A DNA stretch of 64,000 nt from positions 3,648,001 to 3,712,000 of the forward strand of contig OZ244561.1 of NCBI GenBank assembly GCA_965217585.1, written 5' to 3'. This document shows positions 16,295 through 24,432 of the stretch, piece by piece. Every line of letters begins with the position of its first letter. Position 1 is the stretch's first letter. Position numbers and translations under genes: made by a program. This DNA is from Candidatus Latescibacterota bacterium. Its GTDB lineage: Bacteria > Latescibacterota > UBA2968 > UBA8231. The notes beneath the pieces were generated by a model. The model did no database searches and was not told where the DNA came from. It saw only the letters and a program-made list of their open reading frames with translations.

Positions 16295-17398
16295 TTAGGC
16301 GCGGTCGCGGGCCGAGTGCAGGTAGTAGTCGGCGACCTGCCCGCGGCCGTCGATGACGTGTGCGCCCGGGTAGCGAATCGTCGTCGGACACACGTGCCAA
16401 GGCACAGCGAGGAGATAGGCACCGACTTCGGGTTGGGAATCGGACCAGGAGAAGACGCCGTGTTCCTCGTTTTGTCTGAGCAACTCGGCCGCTGTGTTCT
16501 GCAAGAGCTTGGCCCGGCTCGGCAGGGGGCCATCGTCGCTGATGGCCTTGGTGCCCAAGTCCGTGGTGATCGTCTGGTGCTCGGGATAGCGATCGATCAC
16601 TTGCGTCAGGACGAGGGCCGCCCATTTGAAGGGCAGCTCGGCCATTTTGCTGCCGTACCCAGCATCCCAGTACACGCAGGTGCCTGGGGAGCCGTGCATC
16701 CCCTCGGTGCGGGCGTAGTATAAAGAGGAAAAGGAGCCACCCCCGACGACTCGGGGCACGGCCAAGCCCTCGCCTTCGAGGGCCGCTTTTAGGCGTTGGG
16801 CATCGCAGATGTGCTGCTCGGCCGCTGCTTGGCGCGCCTGAGGCTCGGAGATGGTCTCGTGCCCGTCGTACAAGTGCAGCCCGCCCGGGGACAGGTGGGG
16901 GTGTTCAGCGACTTGGCGGTAGAGGTCGATGGCCGCGTCCAAGGGGACGCCAGTGCGGAACATGCCTACGTTGAGGTCGATCATCACCCGCAGGGTTTGC
17001 TGCCGCTCTTGGGCTACTGCGCCTAAGACTTGCACGTGCGCAGGTGCGCTGGCAATCGCGCTGATGGTCGCTTCTCGTTGCGCCAACGCGGCGAAGCGCA
17101 ACACCTTGCTTTTTTGCACCAGCGGATAGGACAGGATGGCTTCCTGCGCGCCGGCGTCGAGGGCCATTTCCAGTTCCTTGAGCGTGGCGCATTTGAACCC
17201 GGCGACGCCGGACGCGAGCTGTTTGCGCGCGATGTCGATGGACTTGTGGGTCTTGACGTGGACGAACAAATGCTCGCTGCCGCCGACTAGTTCGCCGACT
17301 GTTTTTATGTTGTGGTTGAGTTGGTCGGCAAATACCAGCATAGCTGGCGTCTCAATGCCGTCCGGCTCGGCGACTTTGTATTCTCCTATTTCGATCAC
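16295..17398 (-). CDS. Fold-type III PLP enzyme (D-threonine aldolase/D-serine dehydratase-like)
   Basis: ETPAM, HVKTHK (PLP lysine), RTG, HLYDGH, EEHG, PWHVCPT. GTG start at 17398 inferred. Confidence 0.85.
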   Translation of the reverse strand: MIEIGEYKVAEPDGIETPAMLVFADQLNHNIKTVGELVGGSEHLFVHVKTHKSIDIARKQLASGVAGFKCATLKELEMALDAGAQEAILSYPLVQKSKVLRFAALAQREATISAIASAPAHVQVLGAVAQERQQTLRVMIDLNVGMFRTGVPLDAAIDLYRQVAEHPHLSPGGLHLYDGHETISEPQARQAAAEQHICDAQRLKAALEGEGLAVPRVVGGGSFSSLYYARTEGMHGSPGTCVYWDAGYGSKMAELPFKWAALVLTQVIDRYPEHQTITTDLGTKAISDDGPLPSRAKLLQNTAAELLRQNEEHGVFSWSDSQPEVGAYLLAVPWHVCPTTIRYPGAHVIDGRGQVADYYLHSARDRA

Positions 17399-17547
17399 AG
17401 CCTTGCTTCCCGTTGGAGGTGAAGCGCGGAAAATAGCACAAGCCCCGGCTGCGGACAAATTGGCCGCCGCGCCGTAGTTCGTTATTTTGTCAGCCCAATA
17501 CGTGCGAGTTCAAATTGCGCTCAATCCCATTCTAAAGGAGATCTCTA

Positions 17548-18387
17548 ATGCTCAAGCTAGGCTGCATGTCCCTCAGCTACAAAGACGAATTTGCCGCGAA
17601 CAAGCTCGACTTGGAGCAGTTTATTGAACGCGCCTACCAGCTCGGCCTCGACGGCATCGACATTCACACGCGCGCCTTTGCCTCGCTCGACCCGGCGTAC
17701 CTGCGCAGCATTCGCATGCAGGCCTTCAGATGCGGGCTCGCGCTTTCCTATATCGGCGTCAGCTCCAACTTCGGCAAACCCCAAGACGAGCTCGCCGCCG
17801 AAGTCTCCACCGCCAAGGCGTGGATCGATGTGGCCGCGTTCATGGGCATTCCGCTGGTGCGGGTTTTTGCCGCGTGGATTCCCGAAGGCGACCGGGAAGA
17901 GGACGTGTGGGCGCGGATGATGCCCTGCTTGGAGGAAGTGGCCGCCCACGGCGAGGAAAATGGTGTGGTGGTCGGCTTGCACAACCACAACCACGGCTGC
18001 GTCACGCGCACGGGCAAAGATGTGCGCCGCATTATCGAGGGCGTCGATAATCCCTATTTCTCGCACATCCTCGACACGGGTCAATACGTCGGCTCGCCCG
18101 GGGCCTCGGGCCAGCGCGGGCACGAGGATCCCGCCCTCAACTTTTACGGCAGCATCGAGGAAACCGCTCCGCTGGCCGTCCACGTCCGCTGCAAGATCTA
18201 TCGCATCCAAAGCGGCGTTGAAGAGTGGCTCAACTATCCGCGCATCTTCGAGATTTTGAAGAGGGTCAACTACAATGGCTGGCTGTCGGTGGTGTACGAA
18301 GGGCAGGACGCGGAAGCCGAGGCGACCGCCGTGCCCAAGGCCGTGCGCTACTTGCGCGGCTTGATGGCCGAATACGACGCGGCGTGA
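17548..18387 (+). CDS. Sugar phosphate isomerase/epimerase (xylose isomerase-like TIM barrel)
   Basis: LHNHNH, LDTG, NYNGWLSVVYEG motifs of the AP_endonuc_2 family; AAGGAG RBS. Confidence 0.85.
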   Translation: MLKLGCMSLSYKDEFAANKLDLEQFIERAYQLGLDGIDIHTRAFASLDPAYLRSIRMQAFRCGLALSYIGVSSNFGKPQDELAAEVSTAKAWIDVAAFMGIPLVRVFAAWIPEGDREEDVWARMMPCLEEVAAHGEENGVVVGLHNHNHGCVTRTGKDVRRIIEGVDNPYFSHILDTGQYVGSPGASGQRGHEDPALNFYGSIEETAPLAVHVRCKIYRIQSGVEEWLNYPRIFEILKRVNYNGWLSVVYEGQDAEAEATAVPKAVRYLRGLMAEYDAA

Positions 18388-18406
18388 GCAACGAGGCTCG
18401 CGCAAA

Positions 18407-18814
18407 ATGGTAGCTGCGCTTGGCACGCCCCGCACTTTCGTGAGATTTTCTCTGACCGGCCTCAGCGGGGTGGTCGTCAATCTCGGGTCGTTCCATCTCC
18501 TGCTCGAACTCGGTGTCCATAAGTATCTGGCCTCGCCCATTGCGATTGAAATCTCGGTCTTTTCGAACTTTTTCCTCAACAACTATTGGACCTTTGCCGA
18601 CCGCGACCTGAGCAGCCGCAAGCGGCTCCGGGGATTGCGGTTTCACATCGTCTCGCTGCTGGCCCTTGGGGTGAGTTATTCGACGTTTGTCGTGCTGTCG
18701 GTGCTGTTGCCGCAAGTTGACCCGGTGTGGCTGCAAGGATGCGCGATCGCGCCGGGCACGTTGTTTAATTATTTCCTCAATTCCTATTGGACGTTTCGGG
18801 AGGAGGGGCGTTGA
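18407..18814 (+). CDS. GtrA family membrane protein (putative lipid-linked sugar flippase)
   Basis: RFSLTGLSGVVVN...NFFLNNYWTF...NYFLNSYWTF; four TM segments. Confidence 0.9.
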   Translation: MVAALGTPRTFVRFSLTGLSGVVVNLGSFHLLLELGVHKYLASPIAIEISVFSNFFLNNYWTFADRDLSSRKRLRGLRFHIVSLLALGVSYSTFVVLSVLLPQVDPVWLQGCAIAPGTLFNYFLNSYWTFREEGR

Positions 18815-18860
18815 CCGGCCTTGCTCTCTAAGCTGAACAAGCACATCTAGGAGATAGCTT

Positions 18861-20600
18861 TTGTCCAAGCGCAATCGGTCTCAAGCGCATGGTCGCGGCG
18901 CAGCCGCACGCCGGGATAAGCGCAAACAAGCGCTGCCTTGGTCTGTGCGCTTGCGCTCGGCGTTGGTCGCCGCGCCGGACCTTTTGCTCCATCCGGTCTC
19001 CCCCGATAAACGGCCTTGGAAATTTTTGCTGCCGGTGCTCGCGCTGGCCTTCGTAGCACGAGCGGCGATCGCTCTGTCCGGCGATTTCGTCTTGCACCCC
19101 GACGAAATCATGCAGTACCTAGAACCGGCGCATCGCTTGGTCTTCGGCAACGGCGTAACCTACTGGGAATACTTCTACGGTGCCCGTTCGTGGCTAGTGC
19201 CCGGGTTGGTCGCCGGTGTCTTGAAGCTGTTCGACATCGTCGGCCTCGGTCAGCCTGCTTGGTACGTCGGCGGTGTCAAACTCGTGTTTTGTGCGATCTC
19301 CCTGCTCATTCCGGCGGGCATGTACTTTTTTGCCCGGTGGCACTTTGGCGAAACTGCGGCGCGGGTCGCGTTGCTGGTGGGTGCTTTCTGGTACGAGCTG
19401 GTCGGTTTTGCCCACAAGCCGATGACCGAGTTTGTCGCCACGGCCCTGCTGGTGTCCTTGCTTGCGCTCTGTGTGCGGCCTGCGCCGGACAGACTGCGGG
19501 TGGTTTTGATGGCAGCGGTGCTGGCGGTGCTGGTGGCGGCGATCCGGGTGCAGTATGCCCCGTTGGCCCTGCTGATTCTCGGCCTGTTCTTTTTGCGCAC
19601 TGGGAAAAAGATGCAGCTCGTGCTTATCGCGGCCTCGGTTCTTGTCACCATCGGCATATTCGACGCGATTACGTGGGACGGTGGTTTGTTTCACTCCTAC
19701 GTCGTCAACATCCGCGTCAACCTCGCCCTTGGCGACTTGCGCGCCGGTGAAAGCCCGGCATGGCAATTCCTCTATTGGCTCCTGATAGCCAATATGGGGC
19801 TGGTGGCCCTGTGCGTCTTGACTTTGCCCGACCTCCGACGCTACGGATTCCTGCTGACGCTTATCGCCCTGACGCTGCTTATCCACTCGACACAGTCGCA
19901 CAAGGAGTATCGCTTTATCTTCGTCGTCATTCCGCTCTGGCTGCTGATCGGCGCAGACTTTGTGGTGTGGTTCGCGTCCCGCGCTAGCGAGGGCAGGTCG
20001 CGCCCATCGTTGGGGCCGACTTCCCTTGCGCTGGCGGCATCCTTCGCAGCGATTTCCCTCGCCGGCATCCTGAACGCGCTGCCGTACCAAGACAGAGTGT
20101 ATCGGGCCTATTCAAAGGAGACCGGCGTCGTCGGCTTTCTGCGCAATCAGGACCCGATTTTCGCCGCGTACCGCTATCTTGCTAGTGCGCCTGGAGTCAG
20201 CGCCGTGTGGCAGGTTGACCGCCCCTATTTCAACCTCCCCGGTTATTATTATCTACACCGCACGATACCGTTCTATGACTCCAATACGGGGCGTCTCATA
20301 TTCGCGGATCAAGAGAAGACAGAAGTAGAAGCGATTGCAGCTTCGGTCAGCCACATCGTGTCGGCGGACCCGGCTACTTTCGTTCCCGGCTACTCGGTGG
20401 AAAAAACATTCGGCACCATCCGCATCCTGAGCCGAGACGCAGATGAACTGGCCATCCGCCGATGGCAGGAGTACGCCCCGACGATCACTGACGACGCCTT
20501 CACCAAGTTAGTGCACAAACTCTACCCCGACGCGCCCACTCTGCCGCCCAATTCGGGAATTCGCTTTGCCGACGAAAAGACAGAGATAAAAGGGCAATAG
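18861..20600 (+). CDS. GT22 (Alg9/PIG-B-like) GT-C mannosyltransferase
   Basis: HPDEIMQYLEPAH...TYWEY..GARS and SHKEYRFI motifs typical of PIG-B/Alg9; multi-TM. Start uncertain. Confidence 0.85.
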   Translation: MSKRNRSQAHGRGAAARRDKRKQALPWSVRLRSALVAAPDLLLHPVSPDKRPWKFLLPVLALAFVARAAIALSGDFVLHPDEIMQYLEPAHRLVFGNGVTYWEYFYGARSWLVPGLVAGVLKLFDIVGLGQPAWYVGGVKLVFCAISLLIPAGMYFFARWHFGETAARVALLVGAFWYELVGFAHKPMTEFVATALLVSLLALCVRPAPDRLRVVLMAAVLAVLVAAIRVQYAPLALLILGLFFLRTGKKMQLVLIAASVLVTIGIFDAITWDGGLFHSYVVNIRVNLALGDLRAGESPAWQFLYWLLIANMGLVALCVLTLPDLRRYGFLLTLIALTLLIHSTQSHKEYRFIFVVIPLWLLIGADFVVWFASRASEGRSRPSLGPTSLALAASFAAISLAGILNALPYQDRVYRAYSKETGVVGFLRNQDPIFAAYRYLASAPGVSAVWQVDRPYFNLPGYYYLHRTIPFYDSNTGRLIFADQEKTEVEAIAASVSHIVSADPATFVPGYSVEKTFGTIRILSRDADELAIRRWQEYAPTITDDAFTKLVHKLYPDAPTLPPNSGIRFADEKTEIKGQ

Positions 20601-20632
20601 CTACAAAAAGCACAGAACTCCCGAGTTATTAA

Positions 20633-22879
20633 ATGGCCAAGAGAAGACCGACGGAAAAGACGCCGTGCCCACGCTCGGCTCCATCAAAGCCCACGCGGCA
20701 GGAGCGCAGGCAGGCAGTCCGCAACGACGCAAGAGTCAGGCGAACGGTTGATACCGCATCGCCCCTAATGGCGGCGACATCCTACTCGCGGCAGGACGCG
20801 CTGGCTCTTGTCGCGCTCGGCCTGCTGGTGATCGTCAGCTATCTGCCGGCGATGCTGTGGGGTGGCTTCGTCTGGGACGATAGCATACTCACCGACGCCA
20901 AGCCAGTGCGGGACGTATCGGGTCTGTGGCAAATCTGGTTCTCCCCCAGCGACATTGAAGGAGAGGGGCATTATTGGCCGTTGGTCTATACGACCTTTTG
21001 GTTGGAGCACAAGCTGTGGGGGTTTGACCCGAGGGGCTATCACATCGTCAACGTGCTGCTGCACCTAGGAAATACGCTGCTGGTGTGGCATCTGGTGAGG
21101 CGGTTGGCGGTGCCCGGCGCGTGGGTAGTGGCCGCGGTGTTTGCCGTGCATCCGCTGCATGTGGAGTCGGTCGCTTGGGTCATCGAGCGCAAGGATGTGC
21201 TTTCGGGCTTGTTCTATCTTGCATCGGCGTTGGTGTGGATGCGCTTTGTGGAACAGCCACGTCGAGGGCCGTATGCGTGGGCGCTGACGTTATATGCAGC
21301 CGCTCTACTGAGTAAGTCCATTGCGATTACGCTGCCGGTGGCACTTTTGATCTGGCATTGGTGGAACCAGGGCCGGGTGACCTCAACCGACCTGTTGCGG
21401 CTGGTGCCTTTCTTCATGGTAGGGTTAGCCATCACGGTCGGTGACTTGTTGTTCTACTGGTCTGTGCCAGCGGTGCCTCTCGACTACTCATTAACGGAAC
21501 GGACGCTCATCGCCGCCCACGCCCTGTGGTTTTATACAGGTAAACTGCTGTGGCCATCCGGCTTAGCCGTCATCTACCCGCTTTGGGACATCCGCGTCGC
21601 CGACCTGCTGACTTGGGGGTATCTCATCGCCGCCGTCGCGCTGGCGCTGGTCCTCTGGCACTTCCGGCCACAGCTTGGGCGCGGACCGCTGGCCGGGGCG
21701 TTGTTTTTTGCGGTTACGTTGTCGCCGGTTTTGGGCTTTGTCGATTACGGCTATATGCAGTATGCTTTCGTCGCCGACCGCTTTCAGTATCTGGCTGGCA
21801 TCGGGGTTATAGCCGTCGTTATCGGCTCGGCCACGTATGGCGTGCGTCGCCTGTCGGACTTGTGGCACAAGGGCGCATGGGTCATTGCGGCGGTGGTTAT
21901 TGTTGTGCTGGGGTTGCTGACTTGGCGGCAGGCAAGCGTATATCGGGACGACGAACCCCTTAATCGCCACATCATCGCGCTCAACCCGCAGGCACGGAGT
22001 GCCCATCTTAACTTAGGCGCAGCCCTGTACAAGCAGGGCCGGTACGCGGAAGCTCTCGACGTAACCCGCGTCGAGGTGGATCAACGCCCGGATTCCTTTA
22101 AGACCCATGTCCTCCTCGGCGCGATTCTCAATGTGCTAGGACGTTTTGAGGAAGCCGAGACCCACTTGCGCCGTGCTATCGCACTCAACCCGCAGGCACG
22201 GGAAGCCCACTTCAGCTTAGGCGCAGCCCTGTACAAGCAAGGACGGTATGCGGAAGCCCTCGACGTAACCCGCGTCGCGATAGAACAAGACCCGGATTCC
22301 TTTAATGCCCATTTTAACCTCGGCGCGATTCTCGATGCGCAGGGACGTTTTGAGGAAGCCGAAACCCACTTGCGCCGCGCCATCGCACTCAACCCGCAAG
22401 ATGTGGACGCTTTCCGGAAATTGATCGAAGTATTCACGCCACAGGGACGCTACAAAGAAGCGATTGACCTCATAGCGCAGACAGCGGCGTTGGACTTGGC
22501 CTCGCCACAGGCAGCCGAGTTGCATTTCCTCATAGGGCAGACAGCACAGGAAAACGGGCAACTCGGGGCTGCGGCGGAATACTACATGCGCACCTTTGAG
22601 ATAGACTCACATCATACGAAGGCTATTCGTAGGCTAGCCCATCTGAGGTCAGAGCAGCAGCACTACGACGAGGTGCTGGAACTTTTGCAGCGCCTTATCG
22701 ACATTGATCCGAGCGACGCAGTGGCCCATGACAATATGGGCGTTGCCCTCTTCTACTTGGGCAGAAACGACGAGGCACTGAAAAGTTTCGACCGAGCGCT
22801 CTCTTTGGATTCGACTCTGGAAAACGCGCGTGCCAATCGCGAAGCTCTACTGGAGGCGATGGAAGGAAATCGTCAGTGA
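20633..22879 (+). CDS. TMTC-like membrane GT-C protein with C-terminal TPR repeats
   Basis: FVWDD, YWPL, YHIVNVLLH, FAVHPLHVESVAWVIERKDVL, ADRFQY, followed by TPRs. Confidence 0.88.
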   Translation: MAKRRPTEKTPCPRSAPSKPTRQERRQAVRNDARVRRTVDTASPLMAATSYSRQDALALVALGLLVIVSYLPAMLWGGFVWDDSILTDAKPVRDVSGLWQIWFSPSDIEGEGHYWPLVYTTFWLEHKLWGFDPRGYHIVNVLLHLGNTLLVWHLVRRLAVPGAWVVAAVFAVHPLHVESVAWVIERKDVLSGLFYLASALVWMRFVEQPRRGPYAWALTLYAAALLSKSIAITLPVALLIWHWWNQGRVTSTDLLRLVPFFMVGLAITVGDLLFYWSVPAVPLDYSLTERTLIAAHALWFYTGKLLWPSGLAVIYPLWDIRVADLLTWGYLIAAVALALVLWHFRPQLGRGPLAGALFFAVTLSPVLGFVDYGYMQYAFVADRFQYLAGIGVIAVVIGSATYGVRRLSDLWHKGAWVIAAVVIVVLGLLTWRQASVYRDDEPLNRHIIALNPQARSAHLNLGAALYKQGRYAEALDVTRVEVDQRPDSFKTHVLLGAILNVLGRFEEAETHLRRAIALNPQAREAHFSLGAALYKQGRYAEALDVTRVAIEQDPDSFNAHFNLGAILDAQGRFEEAETHLRRAIALNPQDVDAFRKLIEVFTPQGRYKEAIDLIAQTAALDLASPQAAELHFLIGQTAQENGQLGAAAEYYMRTFEIDSHHTKAIRRLAHLRSEQQHYDEVLELLQRLIDIDPSDAVAHDNMGVALFYLGRNDEALKSFDRALSLDSTLENARANREALLEAMEGNRQ
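21974..22399 (+). repeat. 204-bp (two-TPR, 68-aa) tandem duplication
   Basis: atcgc(g/a)ctcaacccgca starts at 21974, 22178 and 22382. Confidence 0.85.
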
Positions 22880-22901
22880 CGGGCCGGTCGCCAGCTACTT
22901 C

Positions 22902-23780
22902 TCAAGGAATGCCCAGCTCCCGCCGGTACACCTCGTCTGCATTGGCCTGCAACTGCCAGTAGGGCACCCGGATCGTCCGCATCAATTCGCCGCGCCCCCC
23001 ATCGCCGTCCTCCCAGCGCAGAATCCGATGCGGATAGGCTTTTTCCGTCCACAATGTCCGCTGCCGCTGGCCAATGTGCAGCTCCCACCGCACACTGGCC
23101 AGCGCGCCAGTAGCCGTCTCGACCTGCTCCTCGGCGACCTTGTGGATCCGCCCGGCCACGGTCGCATGGGGCTGATGCGCCTGCCGAAGCTGCCAAAAGC
23201 TCGGCAGCACCTCTACCTCCCGCATCTCGCCTAGATCCATAAACGGCCCTTGCAACTCCCGGATGCGGATCAGCAGATGATCCTCGCTGGCGAAGTGCGC
23301 TGGCTGCTTTAGCTGATAGGCTCCCCGGCCCTCGCTGGCAAAATAGCTGCTGATGTGCCCGTTGATCTGCCCGTTGCGGAACAGGGCCTCGTCAAAGACG
23401 TGCCCGCACCACTCTTGCGCGCTGAACGAGATGCGCCGCAGCGCAAAGGGATGCTGCCCGCCCGCCAATTCGCTGAAAACCGAAGTCATTACCGAATAGT
23501 CGTATATCCCGGTCGTAAACTGGAGGATGTGATTGAGTTTGAGCGCGTAGAATTGGTCGGCCTCCGGCGTTGGCGAATCGACCTTGATAAAGGTCTGCCG
23601 GTGCAGGCTCTCGGTCACGAAAATCATCACCCCGTACCCCTGCCGCAGCTCGCCGTAGCGCGGCTGAACCACCTCGTAGCTAGAGAGCTCGGCCTTCCCA
23701 TCGGCCCAATGCGCGTAAAAATCCACTGCCCCCACTTGGGCCGCGCCGAGCAACATCGCCCCTATAATCCATTTTGTCAT
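22902..23780 (-). CDS. Conserved secreted hypothetical protein
   Basis: Signal peptide; W..GKAELSSY...RYGELR...FVTE...LKLN...FTTGIYDYSVMTSVF...QEWCGH. Resembles, from memory, a conserved FCB family of unknown function. Confidence 0.8.
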   Translation of the reverse strand: MTKWIIGAMLLGAAQVGAVDFYAHWADGKAELSSYEVVQPRYGELRQGYGVMIFVTESLHRQTFIKVDSPTPEADQFYALKLNHILQFTTGIYDYSVMTSVFSELAGGQHPFALRRISFSAQEWCGHVFDEALFRNGQINGHISSYFASEGRGAYQLKQPAHFASEDHLLIRIRELQGPFMDLGEMREVEVLPSFWQLRQAHQPHATVAGRIHKVAEEQVETATGALASVRWELHIGQRQRTLWTEKAYPHRILRWEDGDGGRGELMRTIRVPYWQLQANADEVYRRELGIP

Positions 23781-24033
23781 GGTATCCCTGCTTTCTGTAA
23801 AATCGCATTTTGTAGATCGAACTTAAGATGAGCAACGCCTCATCGCTTGTCGAATACGTGACCGGGAAAGAACGCGCTATCACCTGTCACGCTGAGCGAA
23901 GTCGCTTCACCTCGACTGTCCTGCCTACTTCACCGCGCCTTTAGGCGTGAACAGCATCTCTACCAGAAGCCCGGGCGCAACATCAGTTATTTTAGCCTGT
24001 CAACATTTTTTTACAATCTTATAAAAAAACACA

Positions 24034-24063
24034 TTGACGTACCGCTCTCCGATTGACTATCTT
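24034..24063 (+). promoter_or_regulatory. sigma-70-type promoter for the feo operon
   Basis: TTGACG-N18-TATCTT after an A/T-rich tract. Confidence 0.45.
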
Positions 24064-24159
24064 TACAGAAGTTTGGCATACAGAACAGCCTATTGGCAGC
24101 CTAAACAATTTATTCCTGTTGCCAATCTGATTTCCGTCCAATCTAGCCGGAGCTATCGC

Positions 24160-24408
24160 GTGGAACCTAGCAAGCCCTGCACATCAGCCTCCCCGCTCGA
24201 CTTGTCACAGTTGCCTCGGCACGGCGAAGCCGTCGTCGCCGGGATCTCGGCTCCCGCGCGCTTGGCCGCCCGCCTGCGCGAATTGGGCTTTTTGCCCGGC
24301 GAACACTTGCGCGTGTTGCGCTCCGGGACCGCGCTCATCGTCCAGATAGGACAGACCCGCCTCGCGCTCCGGCGTCGGGATGCTGCCGCCATCCGCCTAG
24401 TCCCCTAG
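24160..24408 (+). CDS. feoA: Ferrous iron transport protein A
   Basis: RLRELGFLPGEHLRV...LALRRRDAAAIRL; GTG start after GGAG; directly upstream of feoB. Confidence 0.88.
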   Translation: MEPSKPCTSASPLDLSQLPRHGEAVVAGISAPARLAARLRELGFLPGEHLRVLRSGTALIVQIGQTRLALRRRDAAAIRLVP

Positions 24409-24432
24409 TTTTTCCTACTCAGCAGACTCTCT

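Noticed and set aside
23781-24030. Riboswitch between the hypothetical gene and feoA
   Set aside because: Only short hairpins and a REP-like half-site; no recognisable aptamer consensus by eye. An Infernal/Rfam scan would settle it.
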